64,000 nucleotides of DNA from an uncultured delta proteobacterium (GTDB lineage: Bacteria; Myxococcota_A; Polyangia; Polyangiales; Polyangiaceae). How positions within the stretch are numbered: the first letter of the stretch is position 1; each line of letters opens with the position of its first letter. The notes below the pieces were generated by a model. The model was not told the DNA's origin. It made no database searches and saw only the letters and a list, made by a program, of their open reading frames with translations. A program made the position numbers and the translations under genes. Positions 11,696 to 19,957 of this stretch are shown one piece after another. The DNA lies in assembly GCA_963841435.1 (NCBI GenBank), contig CAWJCS010000004.1:96001-160000 (forward strand), in the 5' to 3' direction.

Positions 11696-12823
11696 GTGAA
11701 ACGCTCGACCGCGCCGGCGAGCCCGCGGGAAGATCCTCCGAGTGGGGTGCATCCTGATCTAGCGGGCGCTCTGCACGAGGTGTCGAACGCGCTCACGGTC
11801 GTGCTCGGATGGCTCGACGTGGCGAGGCAACGCATGCCCGCGGGGCCCGCGCGCGATGCCGTCGAGGTTGCACGCACGCACGCGCATCTCGGACATCGCA
11901 TCGCGCGCTCTGCGATTGGCGCCGAGCTGCCCGCGCGCGGTAGCAGCCGCCGCCCCGCCCGCTCCGTGGCCCGCGCGGCCGTCATGGCGGTCAGCCCGCA
12001 GGCTGAAGGGCGTGGGGTGACGCTGGTTTTGGAGGAAGGCAGCGACGGTCACGGCCTCGTGCGCGACGTGGGCGCCGTGCTGCAGATCCTCACCAACTTG
12101 CTCCTCAACGCCATCTCGTTCACGCCGCCCGGAAAATCGGTGAGCGTCTCCATTCGCGAGGACGGTCCGACGGTCGTGTTCGCCGTGCGTGACGAAGGGC
12201 CGGGCATCGACGAGGTTCGCGCCGCCTCGCTGTTCTCGAGCTCGGCTTCGACGCGGGAGGGCGGTGCGGGTCTCGGCCTGCGTCATTCGGCCGACCTCGC
12301 GCGCAGCCACGGCGGCACGCTCGAGCTCGCTTCTCGCGGCCCCGGTGCCGTTTTCGAGCTTTCGTGGCTCGTGGGTGAAGCGCTGTCGCAAGCCGGGCGC
12401 GCGCTGCCGCCCCGCCAGCCGAGCGTTGCGGGCGCGCGCGTGCTCGTCGTGGAAGACGACGCGGCCGTGCGCTCGCTCGTCGAGTTCGCGCTCGAGGCCC
12501 GTGGCGCGCAAGCCATCGTCGTCGCGAGCGGTGACGAGTTCGATTCCATCGTCACGGCAGGCGCGCCGTTCGACGCCGCGCTCGTCAACTTGTCGCCGCT
12601 CGAAGGACGCGCGACGCAGGCGCTCGAGATCCTCAAGGCGACGAGCCCGTCGATCGTCACCATTCTCATTAGTGGCGTCGCGGGGGGCGTGCCGCCGGGC
12701 GCGGAAACCCTGGTCTCCGCGTGGGTGCGCAAGCCTTTTGAGATGTCGGAAGTACTGAGCGTGATGGGCACGCTGCTCGCCTCTCCTCGAGGCAAGCTCG
12801 ATTCCGTTCCGATCCTCGACTAG
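11696..12823 (+). CDS. Sensor-less hybrid histidine kinase / receiver protein
   Basis: H-box LHEVSNAL, N-box QILTNLLLNA, G1 DEGPG, G2 GAGLGL, receiver VLVVEDD...KPF. Confidence 0.9.
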   Translation: MKRSTAPASPREDPPSGVHPDLAGALHEVSNALTVVLGWLDVARQRMPAGPARDAVEVARTHAHLGHRIARSAIGAELPARGSSRRPARSVARAAVMAVSPQAEGRGVTLVLEEGSDGHGLVRDVGAVLQILTNLLLNAISFTPPGKSVSVSIREDGPTVVFAVRDEGPGIDEVRAASLFSSSASTREGGAGLGLRHSADLARSHGGTLELASRGPGAVFELSWLVGEALSQAGRALPPRQPSVAGARVLVVEDDAAVRSLVEFALEARGAQAIVVASGDEFDSIVTAGAPFDAALVNLSPLEGRATQALEILKATSPSIVTILISGVAGGVPPGAETLVSAWVRKPFEMSEVLSVMGTLLASPRGKLDSVPILD

Positions 12824-12868
12824 CGGCGCGTCGAAGCGCGCGCTGCCGTCTGCGACCCTGGCCGGTGC

Positions 12869-14743
12869 TCAGTCTGCCTGCGCCGTGCTCGCGAGCGCGG
12901 CCGCGCGATCGAGCATCGCGACGAGGTCTCGTCGTTCCGCGGGCGCGTCCGTGCCGAGCGCGCTTCTCAACAGGGCTCGCGCATCGCCGAGCGATTGCCC
13001 TGAAAGAGCGGGCGATCCGCGCAAAACGAGCGCGGCTTCCGCGACGGCTGCCGCGAAACGCTGATCGGCGCTCGCGCGAGCGAAGGGAACGACACTGTCC
13101 GCGACGGCACGTGACAGCTTCTTGCTGGTGTCGCCGCCCGGCGGCTTGTACCGCACCGAGACGGTGAGAAGCTCCCCGCGCCCAGCAGCCTCGGTGGGCG
13201 CGCCCGCCGTTTGGTATTTGAGCGGATCCACGGCCGGTGCCCCAGCGCTCGCCGGAACGCCGACCGGCACGACCTCGTAGAGCGCCGTCACGCTGTGTCC
13301 GGCTCCGAGATCTCCCGCGTCCTTGCGATCGTCGTTGAAGTCCTCGTTCGCGAGCAACCGGTTCTCGTAGCCGACAAGGCGGTAGCTCTCGGCGCGCGCG
13401 GGATTGAGTTCGACCTGGAGCTTCACGTCCTTCGCCACGGTGACGAGCGTTGCGCCGCCCTGCTGGACCAGCACCTTCCTCGCCTCGGCGAGCGAGTCGA
13501 TGTACGCGTAGTTGCCGTTGCCCTTGTCGGCGAGAAGCTCCATCGTCGAATCCTTGAGATTGCCGTCGCCGAAGCCGAGCACCGTCAGGAATACGCCGCT
13601 TTTGCGCTCGTTTTCGATGAGGCGAACGAGCTCGCCCTGGCTCGTCGTCCCGACGTTGAAGTCGCCGTCGGTCGCGAGAATCACGCGGTTGACGCCGCCT
13701 GGCTTGAAGCTCTGGCGAGCGACCGAGTAGGCGAGCCGGATGCCGTCGCCGCCGTTGGTCGAGCCGCCCGCGCCGAGCGCCTCGAGCGCATCGAGGATCT
13801 TGTCCTGCCGGAGCCCGGTCGTCGGCGGGAGCACGAGCCCCGAGGCGCCGGCGTAAACGACGATCGCGGCCGTGTCCTCGGGCCGAATGGTGCGCGCGAG
13901 CAGCGCGAGTCCACGCTTGAGTAGCGGTAGCTTGTTCGGCTGATCCATCGAGCCCGACACGTCGAGCAAGAACACGAGGTTGCGCGGCGGCGTGCTCTCC
14001 ATCGCGATGGGGCGCGTCCGGATGCCGATGCGCACGAGCCGGTGCTCCGGCGCCCAGGGGCAGCTCGAAACCTCCGTGTGGATCGCGACCGGGTCCTCGC
14101 CCGTCGGGGGCGCGTCGGCGTACGTGAAGTAGTTGAGCCACTCCTCGACCCGAATGCTGTCCTTCGGCGGTAGCCGCCCCTCGGCGAGAAAGCGCCGCGC
14201 GTTCGAGAACGACGCCGTATCGACATCGGCCGAGAAGGTGGAGAGGGGATGCTCCTTCACGCTGAGCAGGGAGCTTTCGACGATGGGCGCGTAGGCCTCG
14301 GTGTCGAACGGCGCATCCCCGCGGGCACCGAGCAGCACGCCGCGCGACGGCGGCGACGCAGCCTTCATGGCCATGCGTCGCGAAGCACCACCGAGCCTGC
14401 CGTGTCCCGAGCCGTACCCGATGCCGCCACCCGACGTGGCGCTGCCGAGCGCCCCGAGGCCGGTGGGCGCGGGCGACAGGGGCGCGGCCGGCGCGGCTTC
14501 AGCAACCGGCGGGGGCACGGCTCGCTGGTTGTCCTTCGGCCCGGCGACGGCGTACCGCTTTCCGGTCGAGCCCTCCTCACCCTTGGCGCGCGTCCCCGTA
14601 CCGCCTTCCTTCTGGTCCCGGGTCGCTTCCGCGGTGGTCGGCGCCGGAGCTACTGTGGTGCAGGCGACGGCCGTGGCCAGAACGAGGAAAAGACAGGTCG
14701 TGGGCGCACGTCGGCCGCGCCCCGGCATAGAGTTCGGGTACAT
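12869..14743 (-). CDS. VWA domain lipoprotein (YfbK-like, vWF_A + DUF3520)
   Basis: GGAGG RBS before ATG 14743; AVAC lipobox; PLSTFSADVDTAS, NLVFLLDVSGSM, NRVILATDGDFNVG, GYENRLLANEDF. Confidence 0.92.
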   Translation of the reverse strand: MYPNSMPGRGRRAPTTCLFLVLATAVACTTVAPAPTTAEATRDQKEGGTGTRAKGEEGSTGKRYAVAGPKDNQRAVPPPVAEAAPAAPLSPAPTGLGALGSATSGGGIGYGSGHGRLGGASRRMAMKAASPPSRGVLLGARGDAPFDTEAYAPIVESSLLSVKEHPLSTFSADVDTASFSNARRFLAEGRLPPKDSIRVEEWLNYFTYADAPPTGEDPVAIHTEVSSCPWAPEHRLVRIGIRTRPIAMESTPPRNLVFLLDVSGSMDQPNKLPLLKRGLALLARTIRPEDTAAIVVYAGASGLVLPPTTGLRQDKILDALEALGAGGSTNGGDGIRLAYSVARQSFKPGGVNRVILATDGDFNVGTTSQGELVRLIENERKSGVFLTVLGFGDGNLKDSTMELLADKGNGNYAYIDSLAEARKVLVQQGGATLVTVAKDVKLQVELNPARAESYRLVGYENRLLANEDFNDDRKDAGDLGAGHSVTALYEVVPVGVPASAGAPAVDPLKYQTAGAPTEAAGRGELLTVSVRYKPPGGDTSKKLSRAVADSVVPFARASADQRFAAAVAEAALVLRGSPALSGQSLGDARALLRSALGTDAPAERRDLVAMLDRAAALASTAQAD

Positions 14744-14970
14744 GAATCCTCCAGGGTGTGGGGCCGGCCGGGCCGAGGGACCTCGGTGGCTCGGGATTGC
14801 CTTTCGACGCCCGACTCCCCAAAAAGTTTCGAGCCCGGCCTTCCAGGCGCCCACCCCCCTTGCGAAGCCCCCACCGCCTGAGCTAGACCCCCGAGCCCTA
14901 ACCTAGCTGGAGACGCTCGAACCTCGGCCCTTCCCGGGCCTCCCGAATCCCGAAAAATACGACTCCCCTC

Positions 14971-15054
14971 GCGAAGGTGGCGGAATTGGCAGACGCACTA
15001 GCTTGAGGTGCTAGCGAGGTTACTCTCATGGGGGTTCAAGTCCCCCCCTTCGCA
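14971..15054 (+). tRNA. tRNA-Leu, anticodon GAG; CCA not encoded
   Basis: Acceptor stem GCGAAGG/CCTTCGC plus discriminator A; D-loop GGAATTGGCAGAC; anticodon arm CTAGC-TTGAGGT-GCTAG; long variable arm; T-loop GGTTCAAGTCC. Confidence 0.97.
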
Positions 15055-15070
15055 CTGTTCGACAACTGAA

Positions 15071-15664
15071 CACGCTGTTCACGCCCGGTGGCTCGGGGTT
15101 CGGTGGGGGGACTTGGAGCTTGCGGGTCACGGGGTCGAGCGCCGAGCGGCGATGCAGCTAGACGGGCGGAACCGTCTCGCCGCTGGCAAGTCCCCCACGC
15201 CGTTGTCGCGGTGAGGCGAGGGGTGCGAGAGACCACGCTGTTCACGCGCGGTGGCTCGGGGTTCGGTGGGGGGACTTGGAGCTTGCGGGTCACGGGGTCG
15301 AGCGCCGAGCGGCGATGCAGCTAGACGGGCGGAACCGTCTCGCCGCTGGCAAGTCCCCCACGCCGTTGTCGCGGTGAGGCGAGGGGTGCGAGAGACCACG
15401 CTGTTCACGCGCGGTGGCTCGGGGTTCGGTGGGGGGACTTGGAGCTTGCGGGTCACGGGGTCGAGCGCCGAGCGGCGATGCAGCTAGACGGGCGGAACCG
15501 TCTCGCCGCTGGCAAGTCCCCCACGCCGTTGTCGCGGTGAGGCGAGGGGTGCGAGAGACCACGCTGTTCACGCGCGGTGGCTCGGGGTTCGGTGGGGGGA
15601 CTTGGAGCTTGCGGGTCACGGGGTCGAGCGCCGAGCGGCGATGCAGCTAGACGGGCGGAACCGT
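15071..15664. repeat. Tandem repeat, 163-bp unit x ~3.6, with nested internal inverted repeats
   Basis: Units start at 15071, 15234, 15397 and 15560; only difference seen is C vs G at 15085 in copy 1; last copy breaks off at 15664. Confidence 0.97.
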
Positions 15665-16928
15665 GGCAGCGGGCGGCGGCCACAGTTGCGCCATCACCAC
15701 GACCGGCGACCTCGCGTGCTGGGGCTCGAGCACGTCGGGCGAGGCCTCACCGCCGACTGGCACGTTCCAGGCGGTCGCCACGGGCGCCGACCACAGCTGC
15801 GGCATTCGGACGGATGGCACGCTCGCGTGCTGGGGCCTCGACGATCAGGGACAGGCGAGCCCACCAGGAGGGACGTTCACGGAGCTCGCGCTCGGCGCCT
15901 CCCACGGCTGCGCCGTGCACGCCGACGGGACGCTCGCCTGCTGGGGCGGCAACGTCGAGGGCCAGGCGACGCCGCCGAGCGGGACGTTCGAGAGCGTGAG
16001 CGCGGCAACGGCGCATTCGTGCGCCATCGCGACCGGCGGGAGCATCGCTTGCTGGGGGACGACTCCGAGTGGACCGACGCCCTTTACCGGCAGCCTTGCC
16101 TTGCTCGCGTCGGGCGGTGACCGCTCCTGTGCGGTCCGAGCGGACGGGAGCGCTGTATGCTGGGGTAGCTCTGCGCCTCCGCCCTACGGCGTTTTTCGTA
16201 GCGTGGCGATAGGGCCGTCCGGTATGTGCCTCGTACGAGCGGACCGGCAGCTCACGTGTTTCGTGTCGGGCTCGACGCCTCCAAGCGGCACCTTCGACGC
16301 CGTATCAATAGGGGGGCTAAGATGCGGACTCCGCACCGACGGCACCATCGACTGCTGGTGGCTCCATTTCGGGCCCCCGCTACCGCCGAGCACGTACACG
16401 GCGGTCGCCACCGGAAGGGATCACGTCTGCGCCATCGACGCGACGAGCGGGCTTGTCGCCTGCGGTGGGTGGTTCGACGAGCAAGGCTATCCCCACTACG
16501 ACACGTTCACGCGTATCGCGGCCGGTGGGGACCGGACGTGCGGCATCCGCTCGGACGCGACCCTGGCCTGCTGGGCGGTAGACAGCTACCAAGAACCATT
16601 CGACCTACCGAGTGGGGCGTTCTTCGATCTTGCGCTGGGCAGCCAGCATGGCTGCGCGATCCGCACGGGCGGGCTCATCGCCTGCTTTGGCGACGACACC
16701 TACGGTCGAGCCACGCCGCCAAGCGGCCAATTTACCCACATCGCTGCCGGCGATTACCACAACTGTGCGCTGCGCCCGGATCAGTCGGTGACCTGTTGGG
16801 GCCGCAACCTGTACGGCGAGACCACGCCACCGGCCGGCACCTTCCGCAATCTGGAAATCGGAGCCGACTATTCCTGCGGCATCGACACCGACTTCCAGCT
16901 CCGTTGCTGGGGCGCGATCGTGCGCTGA
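15663..16928 (+). CDS. RCC1/BLIP-II-like beta-propeller repeat protein, probably 5'-truncated
   Basis: About 11 repeats of type AG..HSCAIR.DG.LACWG....GQA.PP.G.F; starts mid-repeat with no signal peptide; in-frame stop at 15648-15650 inside the tandem repeat. Confidence 0.85.
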   Translation: MAAGGGHSCAITTTGDLACWGSSTSGEASPPTGTFQAVATGADHSCGIRTDGTLACWGLDDQGQASPPGGTFTELALGASHGCAVHADGTLACWGGNVEGQATPPSGTFESVSAATAHSCAIATGGSIACWGTTPSGPTPFTGSLALLASGGDRSCAVRADGSAVCWGSSAPPPYGVFRSVAIGPSGMCLVRADRQLTCFVSGSTPPSGTFDAVSIGGLRCGLRTDGTIDCWWLHFGPPLPPSTYTAVATGRDHVCAIDATSGLVACGGWFDEQGYPHYDTFTRIAAGGDRTCGIRSDATLACWAVDSYQEPFDLPSGAFFDLALGSQHGCAIRTGGLIACFGDDTYGRATPPSGQFTHIAAGDYHNCALRPDQSVTCWGRNLYGETTPPAGTFRNLEIGADYSCGIDTDFQLRCWGAIVR

Positions 16929-17178
16929 GCACTCACTCCGTCAGGTGCGCTCTGCGCACAACGTTCGCACCCGGTGCCCCGCGATCCCCCGAAGCGCCGT
17001 TCGCACGCTTCACGCGGGGTAGGGGTCACATGAAGGAGGCCGGTCTCGAGCCCTCCGGGCCTTCGGCCGTCACTTTCGCGCGCCGAAATAGCGAGCGCGC
17101 AGGGCCTTTCGAGCGATATCCCAAATTTCCAGCATTGTCGCTATATCGCAAACGTTGCGCCAGGCGCGATCGAAATGA

Positions 17179-18963
17179 GCAGTCAGCGGGAATGCTCAGA
17201 GCACATGTGCGCACGTCCAAGCCTCGGAGCGCCGGGGGGATCGAACCCGGCGCGTTCACTCGTCGATCGTCCTTTTCACGCTCGCGGCTCTGTCGTGGCG
17301 GTGTGGTGGCGACCTGGCTGCGCCTCCGGCGCCGGCCAGTCTACTGCCGGAGAACGGGGGTGCGGGCGGGTCCGCGAGTGCCGGTGCCGGCGGGGGAGCG
17401 GGCACTTCGGATACTGGGGGCACGGGTCCGGGCGGCGCGACCGTCGTGGTGGTGCAGACGACGGGCGGAGCGGCGGGCACGGGCCCCGACCCGTCCAAGG
17501 AACCAATGTGCGGCGACGGCGCAGTCGACGCGGACCGTATGGAGGAATGCGACGACGGGGCCGCGACGAGCGGAGATGGCTGCTCGGACCTTTGCACGCT
17601 CGAGCCGGGCTGGGCCTGCCCGTTTCCGGGGCTCCCGTGCGAGGCGGCCGCGTGCGGGGACGGCATCGTTGCCGGCAAAGAGCAGTGCGACTTCGGCATG
17701 GCGCCGCCCGCCGGCTGCAATGCGACGACCTGCACGGTCGAGCCCGGGTACGCGTGCGACACGATGGATTGCCACGCGACGGTGTGCGGCGACGGCGTAG
17801 CCGAGGGCTCGGAGGGCTGCGACGACGGCAACCACGACTACGGCGACGCTTGCACGCCGGATTGCCAACGCGAGCCGGATTGTAGCGGCGCCTCCTGCGC
17901 GACGACCTGCGGTGACGGACTGCTCCTGCCCGGCGACATGACGGAAGCGTGCGACGACGGCAATGAAGCGTTGGGCGACGGCTGCTCCGCCGATTGCATG
18001 GTCGAGCCTGGTTACCTCTGCACGCCCGAAAGCTTGGCGCCCGCGGGCGAACTCGTGCTGCCGATCGTGTATCGCGACATGATCAACCGTCTGGATCCCG
18101 GCGGACACCCGAATTTCGAAGTCGATGCCGGGAGGATGGCCATGCTCGTGCCGGGCATCGTCGGTCCGCTCGGGGCACCGCTCGACGCCGACGGCAAGCC
18201 CGCCTACGCGGCCATGCCGGAGACGGACACGACCAACGCATCGAACGGCTGGACCACCAACGCGACCGACTTTTCGACCTGGTTTCGCGACTCGGACTAC
18301 AGCAAAACGGTGCTCGACACCCTCACGCTGACCGAGACGCCAGCGGGCAGCGGCACGTTCGTGTTCGCCGAGACGGAGTTCTTCCCGCTCGACGGGTTGG
18401 GGTGGAACGATCCGCCGATCAACGGCAGCGCGCACAACTATTCGTTCACCAGCGAGCTCCACTACTGGTTTCAGTGGGTGGGGGGCGAGACGCTCACGTT
18501 CTTCGGCGACGACGACGTGTGGGTGTACGTCAACAAGAAGCTCGCCGTGGACATCGGCGGGATTCACGGCCCCATCACGGCGAGCGTCACCCTGGACGAC
18601 GCCACGAACACTCAGCTCGGCCTCGGGCTCGTGGCAGGCAACGTGTACGAGATCGCCGTGTTCCAGGCCGAACGTCACGTCACGGGCTCGCAATACGAGC
18701 TCACGCTCAAAGGCTTCGACATTGGACGTTCCAACTGCATGAGCGTGTGCGGCGACGGTATCGTGACGCGGGACGAGCTTTGCGACGAAGGAACCGACAA
18801 GAACGTCGGGGGCTACGGGCACTGTTCGCCGGATTGCAAGACGCGCGGCGGCTACTGCGGCGACGGCATCGTCCAGGACGAAGGCGGCGAAGAATGCGAC
18901 GACGGCAACACCCTGTTGGGCGACGGCTGCAATTCGGTGTGCAAGAAGGAAGTCATCCGCTAG
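17179..18963 (+). CDS. Lipoprotein with Myxococcus Cys-rich repeats (CGDG..EECDDG) and a fibro-slime domain; start codon uncertain
   Basis: Frame open from 17179 with lipoprotein-like SIVLFTLAALSWRC upstream of the ORF-track start; start probably displaced by an indel near the G-run at ~17234; HNYSFTSE, FFGDDDVWVYVN, VDIGGIH, FQAERH. Confidence 0.88.
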   Translation, partial: AVSGNAQSTCAHVQASERRGDRTRRVHSSIVLFTLAALSWRCGGDLAAPPAPASLLPENGGAGGSASAGAGGGAGTSDTGGTGPGGATVVVVQTTGGAAGTGPDPSKEPMCGDGAVDADRMEECDDGAATSGDGCSDLCTLEPGWACPFPGLPCEAAACGDGIVAGKEQCDFGMAPPAGCNATTCTVEPGYACDTMDCHATVCGDGVAEGSEGCDDGNHDYGDACTPDCQREPDCSGASCATTCGDGLLLPGDMTEACDDGNEALGDGCSADCMVEPGYLCTPESLAPAGELVLPIVYRDMINRLDPGGHPNFEVDAGRMAMLVPGIVGPLGAPLDADGKPAYAAMPETDTTNASNGWTTNATDFSTWFRDSDYSKTVLDTLTLTETPAGSGTFVFAETEFFPLDGLGWNDPPINGSAHNYSFTSELHYWFQWVGGETLTFFGDDDVWVYVNKKLAVDIGGIHGPITASVTLDDATNTQLGLGLVAGNVYEIAVFQAERHVTGSQYELTLKGFDIGRSNCMSVCGDGIVTRDELCDEGTDKNVGGYGHCSPDCKTRGGYCGDGIVQDEGGEECDDGNTLLGDGCNSVCKKEVIR

Positions 18964-18978
18964 ACGCCGGCTTCCAGG

Positions 18979-19708
18979 TCACCACTCGACGTCGGGGAGC
19001 TGCCGGAACACCCTGCGCACGCCTTCGCTCCAGTGCTCGCTGAGCTTCACGAATTCGCTGTCACCGGGCTCGAAGCGCCGGCGATAGGCGACTTTCAGGC
19101 TGTCCTTTTCGTACCGAACAACGTCGATCGGCATGCCCACCGATAAGTTGCTACGCATGGTCGAATCGAACGAGACGAGCACGCACTTCGTCGCGTCGGC
19201 GAGGCTCGTTTCGGGGGTGATCACCCGATCGAGGATGGGCTTGCCATACTTGGCCTCACCCGTTTGCAGGTACGGTGTGCCCGGTCCGGCCTCGATGAAA
19301 TTGCCTTCGGCATAGGTGCGGAAGAGGCGCGGCGGCTCGCCCTTGATTTGGCCGCCGATGATGAACGATGCGTCGAAGCGCAGGGTGGCACGCTGGAGCG
19401 AAGGACCGTCTCGCCTCTCGAGATCGCGCGTCGCGTCGGCGACGAGGGTGACGCAATCGAACATCGTCTCCGCACTGTAAAGCGTGGGGCCCGCGTTCGG
19501 GTTCGCGGCGCGCTGCCGGAGCGTCGTGATGATCGCCTGCGTCCCGGCGAGATTGCCCGAGCTCAAGAGCACGATGACACGATCGCCCTCGCGCTCGAAC
19601 ACCGACATCTTGCAAAACTGCGAAAAATTGTCGAACACCCGCGTGAGTTCGCGAATCCGAAGCGAGCACGAGGCCGTCGTCGAGCAGCACCCCTACGCAG
19701 TAGGTCAT
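18979..19708 (-). CDS. anbu: Proteasome-type protease (Anbu family), one apparent +1 indel near 19635
   Basis: MTYCVGVLLDDGLVLASDSRTHAGV joins DNFSQFCKM; SGNLAGTQ, GGQIKGE, GEAKYGKPILDR, SFDSTMRSNLSVGMPID; N-terminal Thr nucleophile. Confidence 0.9.
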
Positions 19709-19957
19709 CGCTCATGCCGCGTGCGAAACGCGCGACACTTCCTCGGTAACAACGTCAACCTGCATTGGATGGCAATCCGGTATCCGGCTCGGATCGACAG
19801 GATACGGCCTTTTTTCGCAGGTCAGGGGGCTTTCGCGTCGGCAACGGCGCCGCGTGGCCTCCAGGCAAGTCCCGCGCCACCTTCTTGGCGCGCGGAGAGC
19901 TCGGCGAACTGCTGCGTTCTGCCCTTCGGTCACGTGCGGCAGCGCCGAGGTCGCCCC

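Noticed and set aside
15071-15664. CRISPR array
   Set aside because: Units are near-identical over their whole length with no unique spacers, and no cas genes are visible.
15036-15683. Repeated 78-aa and 109-aa ORFs in the tandem array
   Set aside because: The 163-bp unit is not a multiple of 3, and the ORFs lack RBSs and recognisable motifs; they are by-products of the repeat.
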